Source: Lytechinus pictus
Lineage: Eukaryota
Length of the DNA: 64,000 bases
Direction of reading: 5' to 3'
Assembly (NCBI RefSeq): GCF_037042905.1
Contig: NC_087251.1
Coordinates: forward strand, 10,604,001-10,668,000
Part shown: piece by piece, positions 1 to 12,194 of the stretch
Position numbering within the stretch: the stretch's first letter is position 1
How the letters are laid out: the number at the start of each line of letters is the position of its first letter
The notes under the pieces: model-generated
The model's database searches: none
What the model saw: the letters and a program-made list of their open reading frames with translations, nothing else
What the model was told of the DNA's origin: nothing
Program-made: the position numbers and the translations under genes

Positions 1-2275
1 TTCACTATTGCTACAAAGAACAATAGGTTCTGTAAACCAAATCTATTACTCTGTGCTTTGTGTTCAAGAATTGTAAAATGTACTTTATCATTATCATACA
101 CACATGCATGAAAATGTAAAATAATAATTTTCATGTAATAACATAAGAAAAGAGAAAGTAAGGATGTGACATAAGTTTTCATATAATATATGGCATGCTT
201 TAAACTGTTTTCACAAAATAGTGCTAAACTCTAAAATTCATTAACTTTATGTACGTCATATTTTGATGAAATTTTTGGCATTTTGCTTCATGAACAATAG
301 TTTTTACATGTAATTGTTTCACCCCAGTGTATCCCTTCAAATATTTTTTTTTGGTATTGGACTCCTGCTGTTGAAAGCAACTTTGAAAAAGAAAAGACTT
401 TTTACATGTAGTCCACATTCTCCTGTATAGTGCTCAAGTACACAAGGAATTTACTGCAATTTGCTGAATATGGTATTACTTTCATCTCATTGATACAATC
501 TTGTACCATTTTATTTATGCCTATTCACTATTTGTATGCTAGTGTTTAATGATTTAGAAATTCAAGTAGTACTGTATATAAAGATAGGTTGTGCTGTAGA
601 TATTTTTTATTTAGCATTTAGCCATTTATCTTTTTTCTTCTTCAGTAGAGAAAGAGAGAGTTGGAGATATGGACATATGTAGACAAGAGCAAGAGAGAGA
701 GAGAGAGGGGGGGGGGGTAGTTCTGGATATATATGAAGAATTAAAGACTAATGGTACATGTACATGTAGATGCCAAGTCATTTTTTTAACCTCTAATAAT
801 ACATGAGAAGCATCCAGCTGAAAAGATGACAATAAGAATGTATTTGAGGCAAAATTGGGTAAAACTAAGAATATATTGTCATGGTTACAAAGTGCAGCAA
901 TGAACATTGAGATGTGTATGCCACTGGAAGTCTGGAATGCACTCAGTGGTGAATAGAATAGTTTTACTGAAGTCAAAAAGGGACTTGATGCATCCATATG
1001 CATTTCGGATTGAATTTTGTCTTGATGCTTTTTCTCTGATGTTTTTTAAGTGCCTTAAAAAGCAGCTGGAACTAAAGCCAGGGTAGTATTGTGTCCCATT
1101 GAATAGGCAACTAGATTATCAGCACTTTATATACATGTACATACATATTTTAAGACATTATTTCAAATTGCAATTGATTTCAAGAAACTCTTACCTACTT
1201 GAAAGCTTTTAACGAAAGTTGATGTTTAGCAGTTGAACACATGAAATTAAGTTAATCTTCAGTGTTTTCTTTTTCTTTTCCCTTTCAATTTCGTTCAAGT
1301 TGTTCAGCACAGTTTAGCACTACTTTAAAATCTATATTATTGGGTTAATAGTGCTTTGATTGACAGATATCTCAAGGAGTTATATTAATATTCTTATTTT
1401 ACACCTGTTAGGTAATCTCTTATGTTACACTGTATGTTCAATTCATGATAAATTACATTCCTCCCTTTTTTTTCTCTCATTTTACAATACTTAGAGAAGG
1501 GTCCACTTTTTCAAATTTATCTTTATATTGCACAGTGTGAGGTTGTTACACGACCTATACTTTATTTATTCTTACCATCCTATCCTATACTGCAATTTTT
1601 ATTAATTAAGCAATTTTATTGATGTTTATCTGGTTTCTACACTACAGAATTTCTTTCTTAATCTTGTTATTTCTAGAATGATTATTTCATGAATAAATCA
1701 ATATAATGTAATACTTGACATTTCACTAAAGGACCTCTTTGTATGCTCTACAAAATATGAACACCTACAGTAAGAGTGTAAATGATATCTCCAGTACATG
1801 ATGAAGTATAAAAAATTCTCTCCTTCCCAAAGATACTTTCTAGATTAGATAAAGAAACCTAATTAACCAGATTCAATTACTGCTAAGAGGACCAAAAAGA
1901 AGGAATAATGTATGTTGCCACCTCATACCAAGTGTAGTTATAAGAGGCATTGCATAGTACATGTAGGTCGACCATCTTATTTAATCAAAAGCACACATTA
2001 AAGAACCATCTTCATTTAATAAGTAGATCAAAATCAAATAATTTTGGGTGAATTTGAAGACTTCTATTGCAAACCATACAGTTACCTCCTATTCTTAATT
2101 AGCAGAGTAGATCAACGTAAGTTTTTATAAGATTAAAATATAAATGTACATTGTAAGTGTTATATGTTATACTCGTATTTGTAGAAACAAGTTTATTCAA
2201 GAGTACTAGAATGGTAAAAGAGACAGAGATTGAAACAGAATACAGTTAAAACTTAGAATTATTCATTTATTACAG

Positions 2276-2584
2276 GGGGACCAGATCCATTCGTTGGCAA
2301 TACAGCCGTCATCCCTAAGAAGCGTGGTTCCCTAAAACAGCAGCACTCTCAGCACCATTATCAGGAGGATTCAGATCGCCTTGCCCTGAAACAACAACTA
2401 TCATACAGTGAGAAATACATGCCATCTGTGGGTTCATCTCGTTCCAGGAATGAGGAGGAAAGAGAGCAGCGAATGAATAGAAAGAGCTTATCAAACTCCT
2501 GGCCTGATCCAGGTATTGGCATGGATGATGGTCCCTCTTCATCCTCTACTGCTGGACGTAAGAAGATGGATCTTATGTTCAAAG
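2276..2584 (+). CDS. TOGARAM1: TOGARAM1-like coding exon (linker; GPDPFVGNTAVIPKKRGSLK...MDLMFK)
   Basis: ttacag acceptor, open frame, aaag|gtaagt donor (phase 1). Confidence 0.8.
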
Positions 2585-2719
2585 GTAAGTTGCCTCGATC
2601 AAAGAGGTATATTTGTAGGTGTGGAGCAATGCATGCATTTATTAGCAAATTTTCGCTCAGCAACACAGAATGAATCCTTCAGTGCAGCAAATGAATTTAA
2701 AATGCAAATCAAATCGCAA

Positions 2720-2848
2720 TGAAGTCATTGTTGAGGGTAAGTGAATCGGAACAGCAGTTTCGTTTGACATTTCAGAGCTTGACAAAAAATTCCAAATATT
2801 ACTGACGTAACTGCTATTTCGATTCACCGACCCTTGATAAAGATTTCA
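2720..2848. repeat. Short imperfect foldback (degenerate MITE)
   Basis: gggtaagtgaatcggaacagcagtt ... aactgctatttcgattcaccgaccc inverted arms. Confidence 0.6.
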
Positions 2849-3036
2849 ATGTCATGAAAGGCATTTGATAATAGATTCTCTACACTCAAGAAAGGGTCTG
2901 CGTAGCTGTTGTGAAAACTCCCTATTATCTCTAAGAGACAAATAGAGGATAGAGGGCACACATGATTTAATGGAGGGAGGGGGGGGGGGGACAGAAGGAG
3001 AAACAGGCAGAAATTTATGAAGGTTGCTACAGATAA

Positions 3037-3468
3037 AGACCCTATTTCATCAAAGGAGATGTCTCTTCAACTTCTCAGAAACTTCATTGATGGAGATGTC
3101 TTCAACATACCAGTTTCTTTGGTCTGACCAAGATACAGAGACGTCTTCAGACAAGGTGACAAACACTCTGACAGTCATTGGGATGTTGCCGCACAGTCTC
3201 CAAGTAGTTGCGATATTTCAGGGACATTTCTCAGTTCGAGAGACGTCTCAGAGATGTTTCTGAAATGTCGCAGCAACTACTTGGAGACTTTGCAGCAACA
3301 TTCCATCAACTTCTGGGCAAAGTGCTTGTCATCTTGTCTGGAGATATCACACAGACCTAGCAGAGATGTCTCCTTAGTTAGATCAAGGAAACTTTTCTGT
3401 TGGAGACCTGTCCATGACTAAAGTCCCAGAGACATCGCAGAGAAAGCTCCTTTGGCGAGATAGGGCCT
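3037..3468. mobile_element. PIF/Harbinger-like MITE with internal GAGACATC/GATGTCTC motifs
   Basis: TIRs agaccctatttcatcaaagga / ctcctttggcgagatagggcct, TAA on both flanks; related fragments at ~4050-4290. Confidence 0.65.
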
Positions 3469-3471
3469 TAA

Positions 3472-4020
3472 AGGACAAGTCCACCTCAGAAAATTGTTGA
3501 TTTGAATCAATAGAGAAAGATCAGTCAAGCATAATGCTGAGAATTTCATCAAAATCGAATGTAAAATATTAAGAAATTTGTGACATTTTCAAAGTTTTGC
3601 TTATTTTTCACAAAATAGTTGTATGCACAATTTAGTCACGTGCAAATGAGAGAATCGATGATGTCCCTCACTCACCATTTCTTTTGTTTTTTATTGTTTG
3701 AATTGTGCAATATTTCAAGTTTTACCAATTTGACAATATGTTCAGGGAGAAATAAAACTTTGTTTCACAGGACAATGGGGAGAAAATTAGAATATTTCAT
3801 GTAATAAATACAAAAGAAATAGTGAGTGAGTGATGTCATCAGTTCCTTCATTTGCATACCAACCGATATGTGCATATAACTGTTAGTGAAATTAAGAGAA
3901 ATTTTATAATGTCATAACTTTCTTATTTTACATCCAATTTTGATGAAATTTTAAGCGTTGTGCTTGTTGGATTTTTCTCTTTTTATTCAAATCAACTTTT
4001 TGTTGGGGTAGACTTGTCCT
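3472..4020. mobile_element. Kolobok/T2-like MITE (TTAA-AGG termini)
   Basis: ttaa|aggacaagtccacc ... ggtagacttgtcct|ttca with long imperfect TIRs. Confidence 0.75.
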
Positions 4021-4325
4021 TTCAACTTAAAGTAGGTCAAACATCATCAAGGAGACTTCACTACGTCTCAATGGTCTTTTTAATCTTCTGCAGGTTTTCA
4101 CAATGTCTCTAAGACTTCGCAGAGACATTGCGGGACGTCTAAGCAGTCTCTACGACTGATAGAGTTGTCTCAGAAATGTTGCGAGACATCACACAAACTG
4201 GAAAATATCTTTTAAAAATTGAGCATGTTTAATTTTTACGTATTGGAGATGTCTCTGGAACAAGCCAAATCTGAAGTCGCAAACTAGTTTCAATTTTCCT
4301 TTTCATGATGATCTTCTCTCTGCAG

Positions 4326-4585
4326 ATACTGTTCATGACTTCCATGCATCTTCTCAATATGACATCCCATCCCCCAACAAATCCAATCTTCCTTCCGGTA
4401 CGTCCCCCATCTCACCCATCCCTCTGAAGGCTACGTTAGCTCGGTCGGCAGGGAGGCGAGGGCAAGCCAGAGCTCCTCTGGTTCCTTTAGAGAAGACAAC
4501 CAGTCCTCGGGATGATTACGATGACTTGCATTCATATCAGGATACCTACCGATCAGACTGGACGGAACATGACCTTGTCCCTAAT
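4326..4585 (+). CDS. TOGARAM1: TOGARAM1-like coding exon (DTVHDFHAS...PIPLKATLARSAGRR...HDLVPN)
   Basis: ctctctgcag acceptor phase 1, open frame, aat|gtgagt donor phase 0. Confidence 0.85.
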
Positions 4586-5516
4586 GTGAGTTACATTGTA
4601 TTTCAGAAGTAATCTTAACAAGTCATTGAATTATAAATCAATCATACATGACTTGGTTTTTTTTTTATTACCTGAAATTGATATATGAGCTCTGGATCAA
4701 TCAAATTAGATCACTACTTTGGAATTAGTGTGACCACAAGCAATTAAAAGCAAAAGTCATCTCATGCATTTTCTATTAAAATCAGTGGTAAAAGTGTAAA
4801 TTAATAATGTAAAAGATGTGTTTGCAAGGTCATACAAGGTAATTAGTGAATTTGTCTGTGATTTAAAATCTAAACCTTTGAGTCATCTGCTAATCCTATC
4901 ATAATTACAATCCTTTGTCAGAGGTGGTCAATTGTGGTATCCATTAAGCTATCTACTATATCAGTGTCACCATACTATTAAGAATATTTCTGGCAAGCAT
5001 GGTCAATGTGTGTCCTATAATGTACCATTGCAATGAGCTACCCACATTATCTTCCTTCTGGGTGCTCTCATGTATGCCGTAAGGCGTATTGTATTGTTTT
5101 TCATCTTATGAGATAAATAATGACTTTAAATTTGTCTGAAAATGTCAATTCTTGTTGATTATGGATACTTGTTTTGACAAAGTTAATTCATAGTATGTTA
5201 ATATTTATCAAACTCCCAATTTTTTATGATTGAAATCTAAAAAAGAAAAATGGGGTTAATTATTGTGAGATTAATTAACTGAAGACTTATCTTGTCACTG
5301 GGTTATTGCACGATGAGACATACAGTATGGTTAACTAAACAATGTATTCATTGTCTTGTTCATTATTCCATTGCTATGTTTCATCAGAGTGGTGTATACA
5401 CACTATTGTGCTTGCAAAAATGAATTATGTTTATGCTTTTTAGGTATTCCAGCTAAATCTAGTTTGCACCTTTAATAAGGCAAATGATAATGGAGCTGTC
5501 TCTTATTACCCATCAG

Positions 5517-5746
5517 ATATCATCGCTTGACAACATACGAGGCAGCGCGGCAAAGAAACGAGCAGAGAAAAAGGCACGGGGTCTGGACAAATCGTCCAGC
5601 GGGAGCAACCGTGGTAGTGAGAGAAGCTACTCCCCTCCAAGAGATCTAGATGAGAGTGGGGTATTTAGTATTCAGTCTACAGGACGTTTGGATTTCGAGG
5701 ATGGACTTGATAATGGAGGTCAAACTACTTACATCAAGAAGAAAAG
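5517..5746 (+). CDS. TOGARAM1: TOGARAM1-like coding exon (ISSLDNIRGSAAKKRAEKK...)
   Basis: catcag acceptor phase 0, SAAKKRA motif, ag|gtaatt donor phase 2. Confidence 0.87.
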
Positions 5747-6595
5747 GTAATTTTTGTCATGTTACTTCACTGTTATATACTACAGTCTGATAATTCCTTT
5801 TTCTATTTTGTAAAGGGATATGTGGACAATGCTTTGGCCCTAAAAAAATAATTAATTAATTAATAATAATTAATGGAATTTTCATCAATACTAAGTTTAA
5901 TAAATTAGGTAGAAATAAATAACATCAATTTGGATACAAAGTGTACTGTGATGCTTATGTAAATATGAATTAATGGTAAAAGGAAAGCAATGAGAGTTTT
6001 GTCTGCGTAAGATGACCTACAATAATCGACTATAAAGTCAAATTAGTTTTTCCTATGAGATTGTGTAAAGTATGCGCCGTTTACTTCTAAGTCAAATTTG
6101 GCCTATATTGTATAGTCCCAAGAGATTTAACTCAATCAGACTTACCTGTCATTGTATTGCATGTACAGTGTATGGAATTGTGTGAAAAGTATGTTTGTAA
6201 TAATGCGAAGGCTTGGAGATATCATTAACATACAGATATTCATCATCCATCTTTATTTGCATTCTCTGATAAGTGATGTAAATTGACAGGTAATTTTATG
6301 CATCGGCAGCAGTCAGTCGTTAGCAGCAACCACAAATCTGAGTCTGTAATTATCCCTGGAGTGTTCTTTATGTATGCATTATAGGAAAGCTCAGTTGACA
6401 AACCAACTGTGCAGGGAAAAAAATTATGCAAACATCAAAGAGAATTGCTAAGATCGTGCTTGATGTAATGTTAGCTAGACTAAACCTTGAATTTGATAAG
6501 TCTCCTACATACGTGTAGCAATATATTGACATTCCTGTGATAATGCATGTGACATTTACAATGTAAGGGTCATTACTTAATCTCTTGGACTCATC

Positions 6596-7825
6596 CAGAG
6601 CTTCCAAGTCTCCCGGATCCTGCGGGAGAATACTGGATTGCGATCCAATCTCCCGTTCTCCCGACCCCATGCCAAAATCTCCCGGGTAATCAGGATTTTT
6701 AGCTGTTAAATTGTAAAATTCATACAAACGACTGTTTTACAAGTCTAGCATGTTCAACTCCCAAACACCCACGTGGAACCTCATTATCACATTTTCATTT
6801 TACCCAGTAACTTTTACCAGTTTTTGTATAATCGTACATTGATTTCCAATGTAAATGAAGATAATTTTACTGAACGACTGGTGAAGTAGTCTAACAAGCC
6901 ATTTTATTTCTGGGTTCTGCAATGTGTGTGATGAAAACACTTCAGCGGTACTCCATGCACATGGCCCACGATGCGCCCGGGCGCGGCTCCAGCCGGCCGC
7001 GCTGCGCCAGGAAGCTACGAGAAGGGAAGTTCACGAGCACTGCGAGGCGTTTTTCGTAAGCTTGTGTGCGCTTTATTCGAGCTGAAACTGTGGATCAACG
7101 ATGGGATTAACAAGTGAATAACTTTTGCACCCTGATTTTCAGTTTTAGGAATAATTTTATTGACAATCCTGAAGAACCAGAAGCAAAGTGAAGATTTTTT
7201 CGCCTACTTTCACTTGGGTTGATCGGATTCGAACATTTTCTCTTTCGTGAGTGAGCTAGCCTGGCGCTGGCTGGCTGAGCTGTGCGAAGCATGCCCCGTC
7301 CTGATTCATCCACACTACAATCACATCGTCAGTGACCATGGAGATCATGGAGATGGAGTCATCCAAGATGACAAAATACTTTTCGAAGTATAAAGATAAT
7401 TTTCAAGCGGAATGGGACTGTGTGACAATTTTCACAGGAATCCCTCAGAGACTATAAAAAGTCCACCTATAATTTATATAAAGCTCATTTACCATGTTTA
7501 CAACTACTGCACTGTCTGCAGCCCCTTCCCCCAATTAAAGGTATTTTCATGTTGAATGCATTCTTTTATGAATTATTTAAAAAATCTACTGTATTGCCTG
7601 AAGTGTATATTTAGTCAATGACAATTCATGAATTCTCTCTAATGTGCATTTAATCTATCTGAATTTTTTTTTATGGTTTAGACAGCTGTCACTATCAAAT
7701 GATGTTTGTTAATGTGTTTTGCTACCCAAAACTCCCATCCGTGGGACAATGTTCCGCCGCTCCCTCACAAAATCATACCTCCGCGAAATCTACTGGATTC
7801 TATCTTTCCAATGTTGGCAGCTCTG
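6596..7825. mobile_element. Non-autonomous DNA transposon with CAGAGC termini (hAT/P-like), CpG-rich interior
   Basis: cagagcttccaa ... ttggcagctctg; flanks actcatc/aatcatc (6/7 match). Confidence 0.65.
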
Positions 7826-7868
7826 AATCATCTTCAATATTGTTTAAGGCTACTGATTTAAATATATA

Positions 7869-8674
7869 CAGTGTGTCCAAGAAAAACGAAACCAAGATTT
7901 ATCATAACTTAATCACAAATAAAATAGACTAATGACCTACCATTGTAAAGCTTACAGTCTCCTCTTTCATCCAAATAACCTAGATTATTCCTTATTCACG
8001 CATGAGTGAGCTAAAACAATTTGAAAGGAGGATACCAAAAAATCATTTGGCGGGCGGTATCTTGGTTTCATAAAGAAAATCACATTTTTGAAAAGTTTTA
8101 TATCTGCTCTTTGATTTGATATCTCAATCACAGAAAGTGGTCAACAAATAACATATTTTTGTTAATTTGAAAGTAGGCTTGAATTTCAATAATTTCATAA
8201 AATTAAGAGGTTTTACAGGCTAGCTTTCAGATTTGCCCGACACTCCGTTTTGTTGACGATCAGCCATGCATGAAGTCTTTTGTTAACCATGCGATAGCTT
8301 CGGTGGGAAACCGTTGAAATCTCGTTGGTGTAATGAAATTATGGAAATGCTAGCATTGTTTTGAAGGAGCAGAGCTTTGTTATTTCTGGACCATTTTCTG
8401 TGTTTAAGATATCAAATGAAAGAGCAGATATTGAACTTTAAAAAAATGCCTGTTTTGTTTTGAAACTCAGATACCGCCCGCCAAGTGACTTTATGGTATC
8501 CTTTCTTTTAATTGTTTTTGCTCACTCATGCGAGAATGAGGAATATTTTATGTTGTACCAGATGAAAGAGAAGACTGTAAGCTTTACAATGATAGGTCAT
8601 TTGTCTTTTTTATTTGTGATTAAGCTATGATAAATCATCGCTAAATCTCGGTTTCGTTTTTGTGGGACGCACTG
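7869..8674. mobile_element. Tc1/mariner-type MITE (long TIRs, TA TSD), copy 1
   Basis: ta|cagtgtgtccaagaaaaacgaaacc ... ggtttcgtttttgtgggacgcactg|ta; closely similar to 46117-46919. Confidence 0.88.
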
Positions 8675-9642
8675 TATATATAAGATGACAATATTTCCCA
8701 AAAGAGAATATCTACATTTCACTTTAGGTAGACCCCCAAAAAAATTGAAATTAATATTATATGAGGTGAGGCCATCCCATTATAAGAATCATCTTCGTAT
8801 GAAGCTGTTACCATAGCGATAGGTACACCAACAGCGATGTCAGGCCATATACAAGTCGACATGGCACTGTCATTATATGAAATATAGGATTGTTTATAGA
8901 TTTTGTTTGTGAAGGGCAGGAGTAATGAGCTCTCGGGAGGACACAGATCTCAAGATTATATTCTCTTTAAAACTACAGGCATGAAATACAGGTAGAAAAA
9001 TAAGAAAAATATAATATTAAGGAATGAAGAGATTGCAAAACAGATAGAGATTGAAATTAATAAAAACATCTGGGAAAATGTAAACCAGAGTTTTTTCTAG
9101 TTTGTTGCCTTATTAAATCCATTCAGTGTTTCCTAATTACATCTCTTATCTCTATAAATCATCTGTAAGATATCTTGATTAATTTTAGTAGGTTTCGGTC
9201 TTCAGTTAGTTGTGCAGTTTTTTGTCTTGATTTGTTTAATATTTCATCTATACTCAGTATTTTCTCCACAGATTCATTCTTAGATATAGTAAAGATTTCA
9301 TGGAAAGATATCTTTTAGTCAAATTAATGAAAATAGTAAGAATATCCAATAATAATGGTAACTGACTTAACTGAGAGTGTGGAAGTGGAAATTTGTCTAT
9401 TCAATTTGGTCTCACATTGAGGCTATTATCATTAGCAAGTTGTTGATAAAAATATGTTTGTTATGTAACTTTCATTTATATTCAAATGCTGTCTTTGTAA
9501 GACCATATTAATATGAAAAGCAACAATTTTCAACAATGAATATAAATCAAATAGATTGACTCACAACATATTTGTCTGTATTGCAGTGGTGATTATACTT
9601 GTTATTTGTTTTTCTTTCCCTTTATTTTTGTTTTGCTTCCAG

Positions 9643-9944
9643 TACAAGCGGAAAGAAAGGGTCTGATTCGCCGTTCAGTTCTAAGCCACGCATGGCACGG
9701 GCAAACTCTGGCAAAGGTGTGAGACGAAATGCAGGGGAACAGCGACAAGATGGAGGAGGTTCTTCTACAAACTTGGAATTCAATCCCTCGGGAGGAGTGA
9801 CGTTTAGAGACAATGCTACATCCGATGTAAGCATCATTGGTCATGGTTTCAGTAATGGACGGGGTCATAAGGACATCGATCTATCTGACAATCATGTGGC
9901 TTCAGGCAAAGGACAGAATTCAAGAGACAGGAAGAGAACAAAAG
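9643..9944 (+). CDS. TOGARAM1: TOGARAM1-like coding exon (STSGKKGSDSPFSSKPRMAR...RKRTK)
   Basis: polypyrimidine tract plus ttccag acceptor phase 2, aaag|gtgggt donor phase 1 matching next exon. Confidence 0.83.
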
Positions 9945-10275
9945 GTGGGTCTCTTTCATTTTTTTTTCTTTCTTCTGCATGCATATCATGTTGCCTCCCC
10001 ATCCCCTGTTTGTCTTTATTGCATGTATGCCTGTAGGAACATGTTTCTTTCTATTTTTTTTTTTTTTTTATAGATACCAGCTTTTGCTCTGAAATTTCTC
10101 AAGCCATTTTTTAAATTATCATGAAAACTTGATGTAGTATCCCAATTGTATTACATTTTTTATCAAAACACTTGCAATTTTGTTACATATTCATTTGTCC
10201 TGTTCTTTCATTTTTGGGTTATTTTATAAAATTCTTGAATATTTTGATAAAAATGTTGTTTAAAGTTTATGGGTT

Positions 10276-11064
10276 TTTTGTCTCACCTGCATAGCAGAGT
10301 GAGACTATAGGCGCCGCTTTTCCGACGGCGGCGGCGTCAACACCAAATCTTAACCTGAGGTTAAGTTTTTGAAATGACAGCATAACTTAGAAAGTATATG
10401 GACCTAGTTCATGAAACTTGGCCATAAGGTTAATCAAGTATTACTGAACATCCTGCCTGAGTTTCATGTCACATGACCAAGGTCAAAGGTCATTTAGGGT
10501 CAATGAACTTAGACCATGTTGGGGGAATCAACATCAAAATCTTAACCTAAGGTTAAGTTTTTGAAATGTCATCATAACTTAGAAAATATATGGACCTAGT
10601 TCATGAAACTTATACATAAGGTTAATCAAGTATCACTGAACATCCTGCATGAGTTTCACGTCACATGACCAAGGTCAAAGGTCATTTAGGGTCAATGAAC
10701 TTTGGCCGAATTGGGGGTATCTGTTGAATTACCATCATAACTTTGAAAGTTTATGGATCTGATTCATGAAACTTGGACATAATAGTAATCAAGTATTACT
10801 GAACATCCTGTGCAAGTTTCAGGTCACATGATCAAGGTCAAAGGTCATGTAAGGTCAAAGAACTTTGGCCACGTCGGGGGTATTTGTTGAATTGCCATCA
10901 TATCTCTATAAAAAGTGTATTGGTCTAGTTCATAAAACGTGGAAATACGAGTAACCAAGTATCACTGAACATCTTGTGCGAGTTATAGTAGTTTTCAAAA
11001 TCAGCACTGCTGCTATATTGAATCGCGTGATGCAGATGAGACGGCCAGAGGCATTCCACTTGTT
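10276..11064 (+). mobile_element. Helentron-associated (HINE/DINE-1-like) element with internal tandem array, copy 1 (~4 units)
   Basis: T-run start, subterminal IR tctcacctgcat / atgcagatgaga, GGC microsatellite, ~163-192 bp tandem units, ends ccacttgtt. Confidence 0.8.
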
Positions 11065-11208
11065 TGTATTTTTGTTTCCCTCTTCTGTTGTAGGCAAATA
11101 CATTAATCACTAATGACTTGTGAATATTGTGACTTAATGTAATTGGAAGCAAAAGTATAAAATAAAAGAAATACACCTCCACAACATGTTTACTAATTAT
11201 AAGATCTG

Positions 11209-11378
11209 GTGGGTGTTTCATAAAGCTGTTCGTAAGATATGAATGACTTTACGCACGACTGGTGATCCTTTCTTGTGCTATGTGATATCCCTATGTAATT
11301 GAGTTATGACCTAAGAACATGTTCCAGTCGTGCGTAAAGTCGTTCGTAACTTTACGAACAGCTTTATGAAACACCCAC
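11209..11378. mobile_element. Small palindromic PIF/Harbinger-like MITE, copy 1 (CTG TSD)
   Basis: ctg|gtgggtgtttcataaagctgttcgtaag ... ttacgaacagctttatgaaacacccac|ctg. Confidence 0.85.
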
Positions 11379-11959
11379 CTGAACTATGCTATGATATCAC
11401 TTTACAATCGCTAAAAATTTAGAATTACAAATTAAAATTATGAAATTACAAACTGAAAATCTATGGTTTGGTTTCTTTTTTTTTTAAATGAAAAGATTAA
11501 TTGATGCATCACTTGTTATTTTCTTAATCCCTTTATTTTACTTCATAAATATGCATCATGTACATGTAGGCTTCATTCACAAACCTATCATCTTTCATTT
11601 AGCTCTTTCTTTGTTAGAACTTGTTTTCATATATTCAATTTTTAATGACTTTCCCGATTACCATGGCAATGCAAAGAGGATTATATGTTGACGACATATT
11701 CTTCATGTATCTTTAGATATTTGCAGGCCAGTTGGATTATTTACATTGCAATATTTTCCTTGATTAAAATGATGAATTGACATTTTAAGGCTTTATGAAA
11801 TGGTGGATCTCTTCCCATTTTCATCTTTTGATATAAATATATCTATATTCTAACAAACAAAGTTTGAAAGGGGTATAATACATGTATGTACACTGTGTAT
11901 AGATATCAGCATAAATTGTGGTAGGCGGCTGGTTAAGGATGTTTCTACCCCCTCCTCCA

Positions 11960-11990
<31 letters not shown>

Positions 11991-12194
11991 GTTTTACTGA
12001 TACAAAGATGCTCTTTTGTACTATTCCTGTTTTCCCCCTTTCATTACCTCTTGACAAAATGTCAAACCTTCAATCGTCTATCAATTTGTGAGCTGAAACA
12101 AATCTAGCAGAAATCATTGCATTTCTTTTGCAACCAACTCAGGTTTAACATGTAAACTGATGAAGCTTGTGTACTGTAACAGTTTTAGTGAGAG

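Noticed and set aside
626..1003. 125-aa minus-strand ORF and a short plus-strand open stretch
   Set aside because: Spans GA/poly-G low complexity, with no recognisable domain or convincing splice sites
9821..9832. Alternative donor gat|gtaagc within the 9643-9944 exon
   Set aside because: Phase 0 is incompatible with the next exon (phase 1), and the frame stays open and protein-like up to 9944
10380..10990. Regularly spaced repeats superficially like a CRISPR array
   Set aside because: Whole units are homologous with no unique spacers, the context is a eukaryotic intron, and there are no cas genes. It is the internal array of a HINE-type element.
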